A stretch of 64,000 nucleotides of DNA from an uncultured archaeon. Lineage in GTDB: Archaea > Thermoplasmatota > Thermoplasmata > Thermoplasmatales > Thermoplasmataceae. The notes beneath the pieces were generated by a model, which had not been told where the DNA came from, ran no database searches, and saw only the letters and a program-made list of their open reading frames with translations. The stretch lies in contig CP009479.1 in the NCBI GenBank assembly GCA_000965745.1, positions 1,760,001 to 1,824,000 on the forward strand. Reading direction: 5' to 3'. Both the position numbers and the translations under genes were made by a program. Below, piece after piece: positions 31,155 through 41,611 of this stretch (positions within the stretch are counted from its first letter, which is position 1; each line of letters opens with the position of its first letter).

Positions 31155-31491
31155 TCAATTTTGTTAAAATTCTGATCCAAGGCTTGAGTTTCATATCCAT
31201 ATGCGAATTAACGTTTGGCTAATAGTCCGATATTGAGCTATTAGTTATTGTTTCTCTTTAAAGAGCTTTCATATTCCTCCAATCATACAATACTTGATCG
31301 GACATCTTAACGAGAATATGAAGTGGTGAGACTTAAAAGAGGTCGCTCAAAATTTGAAAAGGGGAAAGTAGAAGATTCAGGGGAAGGCGAATAATCTAAG
31401 GGATAGGATAACTTTGTCAATATAAATAGAATTGCACACTATTGGGATAACTTATATAGCAGGCTTAAAATCATCATATGTCTGATCCACT

Positions 31492-32235
31492 ATGATGATA
31501 AATGATATAGTTAACAGGGCAAAGATGATACTACTTGATATAGAGGGTACGACCACACCCATGGATTTCGTTCACAAGACTCTTTTCAACTATTCAAAAG
31601 AACACATGGACGAATTTATACAGAATAATTCCGATGCAAAAGAGGTGGCAGAGTCAATCAGGCAACTCATGGAACAATATGCCGAGGATGCAAGGAAACA
31701 CCTCGAATTGCCATCATGGTCTGATGTTCACGGACCGGGATACCTCAAATCTGCATCCACATATTCAAAGTGGCTTGTGGATCGGGATAGTAAACTAAGT
31801 TCTCTCAAGCACATTCAGGGCCTCATTTGGGAACGTGGGTTCTCCTCGGGTGGACTGAAAGGAAAAGTGTACGATGATGTCCCAGCGGCCTTGGAACGAT
31901 GGAGGAAATTCGGAAAGGACATATGCATTTACTCTTCCGGGAGTGAAATATCCCAGAAGCTCATATTCACCACAACCCCCCTAGGTGACTTGTCCAGATA
32001 TATCTCCTCGTTCTTTGACACTAGAATCGGCAGTAAACGTGACTCTGACAGCTATAGAAGGATAGCTGCATCTAAGACACTGCCGCCTTCAAGCATAATC
32101 TTCTTTTCGGATGTGCCTGAAGAGCTGGAGGCAGCTGATAAGGCTGGGCTTATGACGGGACTGGTTGACCGGGAGAAGAAGATTATGCCCGGCAGGGAAA
32201 AATTTGTTACCGTAACAGGCTTTGAAAACCTGTGA
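31492..32235 (+). CDS. mtnC: Enolase-phosphatase E1 / acireductone synthase (HAD)
   Basis: LLDIEGTTTP.DFVH..LF.Y, DSK...LK..QG.IW, YSSGS...QKL, FSDVPEELEAA. Confidence 0.9.
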   Translation: MMINDIVNRAKMILLDIEGTTTPMDFVHKTLFNYSKEHMDEFIQNNSDAKEVAESIRQLMEQYAEDARKHLELPSWSDVHGPGYLKSASTYSKWLVDRDSKLSSLKHIQGLIWERGFSSGGLKGKVYDDVPAALERWRKFGKDICIYSSGSEISQKLIFTTTPLGDLSRYISSFFDTRIGSKRDSDSYRRIAASKTLPPSSIIFFSDVPEELEAADKAGLMTGLVDREKKIMPGREKFVTVTGFENL

Positions 32236-32358
32236 AACCACTAAACTTATCGTTTTTACCTTAACACCAGTATATTTGAAATGGTGGCTTCAGCATCCGG
32301 CATCTGCTTTGTGGGAACATCACATAGGCAACAAGAGCTTTGATAATTCCTTTGCTGG

Positions 32359-32628
32359 TTGTCGGTTTATGACATTCAATCGTTAATTCATACTCACATA
32401 GAAGCGGCAAAAAGGAATGGACGATTGTTATTGGGCCTTTCTCTCTTGGCAGCAGGGTTAATCTCAATGATTTCCTCAAATTCTTTGACTGGGTTCTTAA
32501 ATCTAAAGCCTATATCGCTCCACAGTTCAACTAACCAGTTTATTCTGTTTAGCGGGTCAGGTATTCTGGTTGCTACGATTGGACTTTTTGTCGCCCTCTC
32601 CTCATTTGAAAAAGATGATGGGTACTAA
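32359..32628 (+). CDS. Small hypothetical 2-TM protein or gene remnant
   Basis: Two hydrophobic segments; weak TTG start. Confidence 0.3.
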   Translation: MSVYDIQSLIHTHIEAAKRNGRLLLGLSLLAAGLISMISSNSLTGFLNLKPISLHSSTNQFILFSGSGILVATIGLFVALSSFEKDDGY

Positions 32629-32737
32629 AATTTCTCTGAGGCTTTCTCATGCAGGCCTCGTCAGAACAAATCGAGTTTAAGGGCATTAATGGGTCGAAAT
32701 AATGTTGTATAATGATACACATCTGACATTAAATTTT

Positions 32738-33993
32738 GGTCATGTGCAGCAAGTGCTGTAAATTAAAGAGGGACTCCCCCACCGTGCAAATCCTCGATCC
32801 TCAAATACTTTCTCCCAGTGATCCATTCTTCATTCATGTCCATTAGAATGGAACCTGCTAACCTGATCAATGCTTTCTCAGATGGAAACGCACCCACTTT
32901 CTTCGTACGACGCTTGATCTCATAGTTCAACCGCTCCATCATGTTTGTTGTTCTTATCCTGCGCCAGTGCTGCTGTGGACAGGACTGATAGTTGTACAGT
33001 GAATCCGACCATCTATCGTACATCTCAGCAGCCCTGTCCATCCCATTATCGATCAAGGCCTGCTGTGCCAGCGGCATGAGTGAAGGATTTTCGAGAGATT
33101 CCTTCACTATGAGTGATACTGATCCCCACTTTTTCCTGGAGACCTTCTTCATCAGATTCCTGATGAAATGCACATGGCAGAACTGCCATGATGCACCCGG
33201 GAATGATCGGAGTACAGCCTCTCTTATGCCCTTATGGCCGTCGGATATGACGAGATCAAGGCCTTTCAGGCCACGATCCTTCAGATCATCGAAGAATGAT
33301 TCATAATCTATCTCTGTCTCAGAGTCATAAAGCCTTGCTCCCAGGATTTCCCTGTATCCATCCTCTCTCACGCCAGCTGCAATGTACAGCGCCATGCTTT
33401 TGTATCTGGAATCCTGTCTCACCTTTATGTATGTGGCATCCACATACATGTACCTGATCCCCTGTTCGATAGGACGCTCAAGGAATTCCTTCACCTTCTC
33501 ATCCAGCTCGGAGGAGAGTGATGAGACATATGACGGGGATACTTTTCGTATCCCAAGGGTCTCAACAATGCTCTTCACCTTCCTTGTTGAGACACCCTGT
33601 ATGTACGATTCCAGGGTTGCTGATTCAACTGCTCTCTCGACTCTGCTGTACCGGTCAAATACCTGTGTTTCGAATGGAAACTCACGTATCTGGGGCTTCT
33701 CCAGAGTGAGATCGCCGTCCGATGTCTTCAGTGATCTCTTCCTCTTGCCATTCCTGTGTGCTTTCCTCTGCTCAGATCTCTCGTACCATTTCGCCATGAT
33801 CTGATCCATCGCTTCCCTGTCCATGACTTCGTTCAGAAACCACTCGATCAGCTGTTTCTTCCCTTCCTGATTGTCATTCAGGAAAGTGCTTATTAATTCC
33901 TCTACCATGTTCAACTGGTCCTGCATTTTTGGTCCTCCTAATTCCAAATTTTGCGGGACCTCTTTAAAATTACATCACTTTATGCACACGATC
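32738..33993 (-). mobile_element. IS256-family insertion sequence
   Basis: IRs GGTCATGTGCAGCAAGTGCTGTAA.. / GATCGTGTGCATAAAGTGATGTAA..; 8-bp TSD TAAATTTT at 32730-32737 and 33994-34001. Confidence 0.93.
32763..33926 (-). CDS. IS256 transposase
   Basis: GVSTRKV, YVDAT, ISDGHKG, WQFCHVHF, RTTNMMERLN.EIKRR; GGAGG RBS before ATG 33926. Confidence 0.95.
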   Translation of the reverse strand: MQDQLNMVEELISTFLNDNQEGKKQLIEWFLNEVMDREAMDQIMAKWYERSEQRKAHRNGKRKRSLKTSDGDLTLEKPQIREFPFETQVFDRYSRVERAVESATLESYIQGVSTRKVKSIVETLGIRKVSPSYVSSLSSELDEKVKEFLERPIEQGIRYMYVDATYIKVRQDSRYKSMALYIAAGVREDGYREILGARLYDSETEIDYESFFDDLKDRGLKGLDLVISDGHKGIREAVLRSFPGASWQFCHVHFIRNLMKKVSRKKWGSVSLIVKESLENPSLMPLAQQALIDNGMDRAAEMYDRWSDSLYNYQSCPQQHWRRIRTTNMMERLNYEIKRRTKKVGAFPSEKALIRLAGSILMDMNEEWITGRKYLRIEDLHGGGVPL

Positions 33994-34135
33994 TAAATTT
34001 TCAGTTGCAGTTTGTCAGATTTTTGTTTTTTCCATCTAGTTCTCATTGGAAGGAGAAAAGGCAGCAATGGGATGAGTACAGGAGGTCGAGCATATCATGT
34101 AATTTCTTTGTGCTAGACCACATTGTTAATGCTTC

Positions 34136-34860
34136 CTATAATTGAGATGGGATCATGGCCAACATCTTTGATTGGAACTCATTCCATATTTCAATGGTCT
34201 TTGGGCTCCTCTTGAAGCCCATTCTGGACATTGAATCTTCATACATTTTAGTCCTGTGGACCTTCTCTACTGTTTTCTTAAGTTTCAGATCCAGTGATTT
34301 TGACGACACCTGCTTGAATAATTGCAAGACCTCTTGTTTGTTGATTTTATCTGCGAAATAGAAAAAAGGTCTGGGATATCCTGGTCTCTTCCAGATTGAG
34401 GTTTAAGTGCCCACATAACCTCTGGCCTTGCTATTTGTACAGGATTAGATGTTCTTCCTGTAATCGTGATCAATTGCTTCTTAATTGGTTGTCTGGTAAT
34501 CCAGGGTTCGAGGATATCTACCTTAGCCTCTCGGTCACGGACTGCACCTGCAAGTATGTCTAATGTCAACAAATCATTTGTTAGTCTGTAGACCCTTCCT
34601 GAATAATTCTGTGGATTAGGCATACTTGCCCTGTCTATTTCAAATTTAGAGCTTAGAAGCCAATTTATGATACGTTCTGATGATTCGAAGGGTATTACTA
34701 AGTCCAAGTCATTGGAGTATCTTGGCCTTCCGTAAGATGAGATTGCATATCCACCGATTACTGTTCCACCAAATTGCCAAGGCCATGAATCTAGCAAGTT
34801 AAGAGCCTGTCTCTCTCGAATTTCAGTATCAATCCTCAATAAGATCCTCAGCTCCTGCAT
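34136..34860 (-). pseudogene. AbiEii-like nucleotidyltransferase, frameshifted near 34355
   Basis: VIGGYA, RYSNDLDLV, K..SGRDQD..D; the C-terminus (ADKINKQEVLQLF...) continues in another frame to 34136. Confidence 0.7.
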
Positions 34861-35392
34861 AGATCCCTGGATGTTCGCGTATCAGCTTAATCGTCATCTC
34901 TTTGGAGATTACCGGTTCTCCTTCTATTTCAACATATTCCAGTTTATCAGCGGGATGAAGTTCCACGTATGCGCCTATACTCTTAGATCCTCTTGTTGAG
35001 ATGCCATGTGATTTGAGATAGTCCACCCAATTATTGTGATCAGAAGTCAGGACAACGAGATCAAAAGTGTGCGCAAATGCATTCGGATACACCCTATACT
35101 TTCCGTTTGTCCATAGCTCCACTGCGTTAGACCCGGTCCATGCCTTAGGCCAGGGCGCATTAAGCAATAGCCGGCTTACCCTATTCCATTCAGTCTTCCT
35201 AAAGTCAGGACGATCCTCAATTTTTAAGCACCTATAGGTTCCATGACCAACTCGTTCAACGATACCCCTGAACTTCAATTCTGAAAGCAACTTTCCAGGT
35301 CTGGAATTACCGGTCAGTTCTGTTACTTCCTTTGTTGTAAACTCGTCCTCGCCAAACGCATACGTTAAAACGTCGGCATAAGTCATGCCCAT
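34829..35392 (-). CDS. Probable AbiEi-like antitoxin (N-terminal wHTH)
   Basis: FTTKEV, LSELKFRGIVERVGHGTY; overlaps the downstream NTase. Confidence 0.65.
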   Translation of the reverse strand: MGMTYADVLTYAFGEDEFTTKEVTELTGNSRPGKLLSELKFRGIVERVGHGTYRCLKIEDRPDFRKTEWNRVSRLLLNAPWPKAWTGSNAVELWTNGKYRVYPNAFAHTFDLVVLTSDHNNWVDYLKSHGISTRGSKSIGAYVELHPADKLEYVEIEGEPVISKEMTIKLIREHPGIYAGAEDLIED

Positions 35393-35591
35393 ATTCCTAA
35401 TTATTCGGAACTTATACTTAAATATTATTATCTAAATGGCATCAGACATGTAGCCACTATTTTTCAATATTATACCTGGAAGCTGACTTTCTATAAGACG
35501 TGCAACTTCGCTAAAGCTCAACCAGGAAACGTGAAATTATAAAAAGAATGATCACCCGAATCAAGTTCGGAGGTATTAGTCAACAAATGAA

Positions 35592-36287
35592 TTAATGTTG
35601 CAGAACGGGAACAACCAAAGTAAAAACAAAGGCATAAACGATTAGATCTACTGGCATTAATACTACAAACCAAATAATCCCCCATTTCAATTTCCCATCT
35701 CTCCCCATAGGTAATGAGCTGTCCCAAGAGTTAAGAAAAGCGAAGACCACAGCGTTAAATATGGAGATCATGAAAATAACAATTAAGAGAAAAAGAAACG
35801 TGCGGGGCGTAATTTTTAGTGGAAAAGACAATAATGATGATGCGGCAAGGATGATCGCATATTCTATAAGACCATATTGCCAGTCATTAAATTTCGCGGC
35901 GGACTTACTGGGCGATTCATCCTTCTCTCCCACCTCACTCGAATGTTCAGTGGCAAGCTTTCCAATGGAACCTGGTGAAAATAGCATAGTCACTCTGTGC
36001 GAGTTTGATAATTCGCTGCCACAGTATGCGCAGTTCTGCTGATCTAATGCATTCAACGACATACAGCTTGTACACCTGATAAAGATCTCCTCATGAGATC
36101 CCCATAAGTCATGTGTTATTGGAACTCCAGGCTCGACAGCGTCATGACCATTACTTCTCTCACTGTTCACAGAAATTGTAGGCAGAGTGACCAGGTCGGA
36201 ATCAGACAGACCGGCACCACAGATATCACAAAGCCTGCGGTCTGTCTGGTTGAGGGTCATGCAATTTCCACATCTTCTGTATTCCAT
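35592..36287 (-). CDS. Membrane protein with two double-zinc-ribbon repeats
   Basis: CGNC..N......CDICG and CTSC..N......CAYCG; three C-terminal TM helices. Confidence 0.75.
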   Translation of the reverse strand: MEYRRCGNCMTLNQTDRRLCDICGAGLSDSDLVTLPTISVNSERSNGHDAVEPGVPITHDLWGSHEEIFIRCTSCMSLNALDQQNCAYCGSELSNSHRVTMLFSPGSIGKLATEHSSEVGEKDESPSKSAAKFNDWQYGLIEYAIILAASSLLSFPLKITPRTFLFLLIVIFMISIFNAVVFAFLNSWDSSLPMGRDGKLKWGIIWFVVLMPVDLIVYAFVFTLVVPVLQH

Positions 36288-36743
36288 TTAGCTTCAAACA
36301 TATCCTGGTAAATATACTTAAGAATTCTGATCCAGCTAGTTTTCATCTTATCAGAAAGCAAGTGATCACAGAGAATCGTGTTGAATTGATTCCAAGCTCA
36401 CATCTCAGTCTGATAGGGTAGTCAAGTCCTTAATAAAATTTGTAAACAAAATGATCAAAAGCCAAAAAATTATTAGTGAGGGAATGAATTGAACTCCCCG
36501 AGTGGCTATGGCCTGGAACAGCATCGCTCACTCTATGGAAATATTGGGATATCCAAAAAATGTCGTATAATCATGGTTATACAGCATTTTTATCCGGCCA
36601 AAAAGATTGACCGCGATTCCCGGCTTTATGTCAGTCTCATAACCTGTATTGCTGCTGGTCTTGACAAAATCATGCTAATCCGTACTTTCAATGTAGAATC
36701 AACCATGGTTATACTTTGTTATAACTTCAGTTGATCCAGTAGG

Positions 36744-37388
36744 ATTAAAATTCCAATAGCAAATCAACTCAAAAAGAGACATCAGGTCGAAATTGCGGAA
36801 TTGCAGGATGAAGTTATGTCAATAGCTTATAGCGTCTGTGAAGACATTGTTTTCCACGGAGGAACTGCGATATGGAGATGTTTCTCCGGGAAAAGATTTT
36901 CGGAAGACCTTGACTTCTATTCCCGTACTTTTCCCGATGCTTCTGAAGAATTTGTAAAAATGGTTAAATCACATGGTCTCACAATCAGCAAATTGAAAGA
37001 TACTGGCAACGTTATATGTCCTTCAATTTCCAACAGCAGAGCAACTGTTAAGATCGAAGTCAACCATGTTATTGATGTTAAGGGAGTGGAGACTGCATAT
37101 GAGCTAGTTGATGGATCCTCTATAGAGATTATATGCCTCTCTCCTGAAAATTTAGTTATTGAGAAAATTGCGGCATATCGTGATAGAAAGTTTATCCGGG
37201 ACCTTTATGATATTTACCATTTAACGGGCTATGGTGTAGAAATTGAAGCTGTAAAGAAGGAGCTTATAGAATTTCTTTCACATACCGACAAGCCTGTCGA
37301 CGAGGGAGTTCTTAAAAGCATTGTTTATCTTAGTCTGCCACCATCCTATGAGAAGATGATAAGCACCATACGCAGGAGGGTTTCATGA
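36744..37388 (+). CDS. AbiEii/AbiGii-family nucleotidyltransferase toxin
   Basis: FHGGTAIWRC, RFSEDLDF, EKIAAY, RDLYD; frame is open from ATT 36744 (alternative start TTG 36801). Confidence 0.85.
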   Translation: MKIPIANQLKKRHQVEIAELQDEVMSIAYSVCEDIVFHGGTAIWRCFSGKRFSEDLDFYSRTFPDASEEFVKMVKSHGLTISKLKDTGNVICPSISNSRATVKIEVNHVIDVKGVETAYELVDGSSIEIICLSPENLVIEKIAAYRDRKFIRDLYDIYHLTGYGVEIEAVKKELIEFLSHTDKPVDEGVLKSIVYLSLPPSYEKMISTIRRRVS

Positions 37389-37975
37389 GGTACATTAGTG
37401 ATTTTTTACATCATTTTTCTGAAAAGCCTGCGTTTAGTGCAAATGAAGCGAGACTTTTTCTTAAACGGAGGGGTGCATCCGAAGGTTACCACAAACTGCT
37501 TTTAGAGAAGTTATACTCTTCTGGAAGGATATACCGCATTACACGTGGGCATTACACGTTCTATGAAGAGGTTCAACACGTGGGTTTTGCCTTTTCGCCT
37601 TTTTATTATGGGCTTGAAGATGCGCTCTCTCTGTTGAATTTGTGGGAGCAGGAAACTAACCCAGTAGTCATTACCCCAAGAAAGGTCAGAAGTGGAATCC
37701 GAGAATTTCGCGGAAGAAATTACGTTGTCAGGAGGATAGATAGGTCGATGTTTTTCGGATATATTTATATCAAATATGAGAAATTCTACATCTCAGTATC
37801 TGCCCCTGAAAAGACCCTCATTGATCTCTTCTACTTCAGGACTTACATCGAGAATGACACATATGATGAGGTCTTTAAAAACATCGATGCCACAAGGTTC
37901 AAAGATTATCTTGAAAATGTTCCTGGATGGTTGAAATCCAAGTTGACAGGGGTTCTTGATGATTCTGGAGGTTGA
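37385..37975 (+). CDS. AbiEi-like antitoxin
   Basis: GRIYRITRGHY, YYGLEDAL, VSAPEKTLID; ATGA overlap with the toxin. Confidence 0.8.
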   Translation: MRYISDFLHHFSEKPAFSANEARLFLKRRGASEGYHKLLLEKLYSSGRIYRITRGHYTFYEEVQHVGFAFSPFYYGLEDALSLLNLWEQETNPVVITPRKVRSGIREFRGRNYVVRRIDRSMFFGYIYIKYEKFYISVSAPEKTLIDLFYFRTYIENDTYDEVFKNIDATRFKDYLENVPGWLKSKLTGVLDDSGG

Positions 37976-38738
37976 ACAGTCAAAACATTCTCTAATAATG
38001 AAGGATAAGATTGGCGATTACACCGACAATTCAATTGCATAAACTAGAACCAAGTCGGAATGGACGCTACCCTTTACTGAGAGAAATAACCGCTTCTTCC
38101 TCAACATAAGTAATTATACCTATAAAATGGTGATTAAAACTCTATCATAGCATTATTCTAATTATAACAACATGATGTTTGCAGTATATGTCATGTTACT
38201 ATGTGGTATTGAATCAAGGGAAAGAAAAATATCATAAGAAGTACTCATCATTGTATATTATATCTGAGGAATTTTAAAACAATTCTAGACTGTTATCTCA
38301 TGTATCAATGACTAAATGACCATGCCGGTCTGAATTTAAGAGGTGAATCTTCAATGAAATTACTAGTAAATAGTAATTACGTTGTACATACCTATTTACA
38401 CGGTATAATGGTTATTTCATCTGTAGTTATCATCGATTTCTAATTTCATCAGTGAAACAAACCATGAATAGTCTCTCTCTAATAGCGATATTATCTCTAT
38501 GATAGCGGAAATAAGATGATTAAAACTGCGACATATAGTAACTAATATTTTTTTTTCAAAATAACGATGAAAACTTATTCCCAGTGAGGTATCATTATCA
38601 ATAAACTCACCATGTTTTGGCTATACCTTGGAAAATGCTGCCTTACCATGGTACTGTTAGTGCTGCTCGTTTCAACAATACTCCTCTCTGCTTTGGCAAT
38701 GTCTGTGCATTCATACCCGAAGTACAGAATAATAATTA

Positions 38739-38997
38739 ATGCCTGATCTCCACGTGGTTGCCAGGATCACAGGTACTTGTTGAAAACGGGCCGTTACAGA
38801 AGACAAAGCTCTCGCTGCCTGCCGATATGGCTTACGACAAAATGGTTGTTTACATGAAATAGATGATGGAGAACAACCTTATACAGGAGAATGCCGCTCA
38901 CATCGACCTGAATGAAGATGGAGTAAGAACCTGTGAAGAGGTAGTTTCATGGATCGCGCAGTACGTGGGCAGACTGTGCTTTCCAAGGGAAAGATGA
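38739..38997 (+). pseudogene. Winged-helix (HTH_45/ArnR-like) regulator pseudogene
   Basis: MPDLHVVARI, then frameshift to ENGPLQKTKL...MAYDKMVVYMK*MMENNLI...; in-frame TAG at 38860-38862. Confidence 0.6.
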
Positions 38998-39086
38998 TGG
39001 CCATCTATAGAAAGAAAGCAAAACTTCACCCGGTCATTCATAAAAATTTGTTTATTAACTGTATAGGGATCATATCCTGTTGCTTC

Positions 39087-39485
39087 ATGAGTGCTGATGA
39101 TGGGGTCAAACTACTAATGCAGAGGTCAGAGAGATTTCTGGAGAATGTGAAACATAACTTTGAGATAGGATTTCTGGATATTGCGGCTTTCAGCCTCGAA
39201 CAATCGATCGAATTATTTCTCAAGTCAAAGGTACTTGAGAAGGCCGGAGATTTTCCTCATACGCAAAATATCAGAACACTAATGCAGACACTCTCTGAGC
39301 AATCAAGTCAGCGGTGCAGTGAGATCGTTAAATCCTATCTTGACAAGCATGGAATAATACTCGGGGCGATTCAGGATGCATATATTACATCAAGGTATTT
39401 TGCGATCAATATTGAAAAAAATGATCTGGACAAGATGATCCAGGTGGTTCAGGAGATAATCCATGACCTTAGACATGTTTGCTAG
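39087..39485 (+). CDS. HEPN domain protein
   Basis: AAFSLEQSIELFLK, AYITSRY; paired with MNT. Confidence 0.85.
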   Translation: MSADDGVKLLMQRSERFLENVKHNFEIGFLDIAAFSLEQSIELFLKSKVLEKAGDFPHTQNIRTLMQTLSEQSSQRCSEIVKSYLDKHGIILGAIQDAYITSRYFAINIEKNDLDKMIQVVQEIIHDLRHVC

Positions 39486-39783
39486 ATACTCGAAGCGACG
39501 CAAGGAAGCATTTAGTCGTCTCAATGAAAACCTCCAGAAAGTAAAATCTATTGTGGTAATGGAAGATCCATCAGCTAAAATCTATCTTTTCGGCTCCGTT
39601 GCCAGGGGAAACTACAATATGGCAAGCGATATAGATATACTCATAGTCTCCAGGGATTATGTCAAAGCAATACGCAAAGCCCTGATAGAAGCAGGTTTTG
39701 GGGAGCCGTACGAATTTCACATCAGGTCACCAAGAGATGCTCAAACATACTTTCGTCATGTAAAAGATATTAGGAAAATTTAG
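39463..39783 (+). CDS. Minimal nucleotidyltransferase (MNT)
   Basis: YLFGSVARG...SDIDIL. Confidence 0.9.
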   Translation: MTLDMFARYSKRRKEAFSRLNENLQKVKSIVVMEDPSAKIYLFGSVARGNYNMASDIDILIVSRDYVKAIRKALIEAGFGEPYEFHIRSPRDAQTYFRHVKDIRKI

Positions 39784-39903
39784 GTATGGCAGGATTTGTT
39801 TCCGTAGTGTTCCTGAATCTGCTTTGTTCCTCTATATACTGCCCCTTTACAGTGTAATCGAATGAGATGTAGCGTTTATTAATATCAAATGCAATTGTCA
39901 ATA

Positions 39904-41604
39904 ATGACCAACAGGGAGCTCGCATCACTTTTCCAGGACCTTGCTGATATGGAGGAGATAGAAGGGAACAGATGGGAATCTCTGGCCTATGGTAAAGTTG
40001 CTCTGAGTATTGCAACACTTGTAGAGGATGTGGGTGAGCTCAGGAAGAAGGACTCCCTCCGTAATATAGAGGGAGTAGGTGCTGCCATAGAGAAGAAGAT
40101 CATTGAGTATCTTGAAACGGGGCATATTGAAAAGCATGTCAAGATGAAGGAGAAATACCCGATTGACTTCCCATCACTCAGGAATATCCAGGGGCTCGGT
40201 CCTAAACGAATTGCGCTGCTCCACAGAGAACTTGGCATCAAGAACGTTGATGATCTTGAGAAAGCTCTGGAGGAGGGGGCAATATCTTCAGTGCCCGGAT
40301 TTGGAAAGAAATCGGAAGAGTCTCTCCGCAGATCGCTTGAAGTGCACAGGAGAACTGGCTCAAACCGCCTCTTTCTGGCACTTGTATACGATGATATCCA
40401 TAGGTTTCTCTCAAAGGTAAGGGATAACGGGTATTTCCTCAAGGCAGACATAGCGGGTTCCACCAGGAGAAACAGGGAAACGATAGGAGACATTGACATT
40501 CTTGCCGTATGCACTGACAATGCAAAATGCACAGAATTTTTCCTTTCTCTGGATGAAGTGGAGGACGTCGTTGTAAGAGGCGAGACAAAGGTATCGGTTC
40601 GCCTATCCTATGGCATCAACTGTGACCTCAGGATAGTGGACCCTGAGTCCTACGGGGCTGCGATGCAATATTTCACTGGAAGCAAGGAGCACAACATCAA
40701 GATGAGGGACCTGGCAATTGAGCAAAATCTCAAACTGAATGAATACGGGCTGTTCAGCGGCGAAAAAAGCGTTGCAGGAAAGACGGAAGAGGAGGTTTAT
40801 GAACACCTTGGCCTATCGTGGGTCCCCCCTGAGCTGCGTGAAAACATGGGAGAACTTGAAGCCGCCAGAGGCAGAAGCCTGCCTACTCTCATAGAACATC
40901 GTGATGTCAGGGGAGATTTCCATGCACACACAAATGCCAGCGATGGTACTGCAACATTGGAGGAAATGGTTGAGAAGGCCAAGTCGCTGGGGTATGATTA
41001 CATCGCACTGACGGAACACAGTGCAAGCCTGAGAATTGCAAACGGGCTTGACGAGAAAAGGTTCAATGAGCGGAATGTTGAGATCGATAAGATAAATGAG
41101 AGTGACAGATCCATCAGAATATTGAAGGGGGTTGAACTGGAAATAAGGAAGGATGGCACTCTTGACCTGCCTTATAAGCTTCTTGAGGAAATGGATGTGG
41201 TGGTGGGTGCACTTCATCAGTGGGTTGGCGACAACATAACTGAAAACACCAACAGAGTTGTTAAGGCACTCAATAGCGGCCACATTTTCACTCTGGCACA
41301 CCCTACTGGACGGCTCATAGGGGTGAGGGAGCCTTACAGGCTGGACTTTGAAAAGATCTTCCAGGCGTGTGAGGAAAACAATGTCTCACTTGAAATAAAT
41401 GGCTATCCTGAGAGATCAGACCTTCCTTACGACCTGGTGAAAAGGGCACGGGAATATGATCTCAAGTTTACGCTTGGAAGCGACTCTCACAGGACCGATC
41501 ATCTGAGATTTCTCAGGTTTGCCACTTCAATAGCAAGGCGTGGTTGGCTGGAAAAGAATGATGTAATGAATACCTCATCCTGTCATGAGCTTTTCGCCAA
41601 ATAG
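39904..41604 (+). CDS. polX: DNA polymerase X with PHP exonuclease domain
   Basis: HhH repeats, AGSTRR, GDIDIL, YFTGSKEHN, LNEYGL, DFHAHT, GSDSH. Confidence 0.95.
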   Translation: MTNRELASLFQDLADMEEIEGNRWESLAYGKVALSIATLVEDVGELRKKDSLRNIEGVGAAIEKKIIEYLETGHIEKHVKMKEKYPIDFPSLRNIQGLGPKRIALLHRELGIKNVDDLEKALEEGAISSVPGFGKKSEESLRRSLEVHRRTGSNRLFLALVYDDIHRFLSKVRDNGYFLKADIAGSTRRNRETIGDIDILAVCTDNAKCTEFFLSLDEVEDVVVRGETKVSVRLSYGINCDLRIVDPESYGAAMQYFTGSKEHNIKMRDLAIEQNLKLNEYGLFSGEKSVAGKTEEEVYEHLGLSWVPPELRENMGELEAARGRSLPTLIEHRDVRGDFHAHTNASDGTATLEEMVEKAKSLGYDYIALTEHSASLRIANGLDEKRFNERNVEIDKINESDRSIRILKGVELEIRKDGTLDLPYKLLEEMDVVVGALHQWVGDNITENTNRVVKALNSGHIFTLAHPTGRLIGVREPYRLDFEKIFQACEENNVSLEINGYPERSDLPYDLVKRAREYDLKFTLGSDSHRTDHLRFLRFATSIARRGWLEKNDVMNTSSCHELFAK

Positions 41605-41611
41605 GAGGGGA

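Noticed and set aside
37976-38738. AT-rich stretch as an ncRNA or intact gene
   Set aside because: Only short hydrophobic reading fragments are present; probably a decayed membrane-protein gene, but no family could be assigned.
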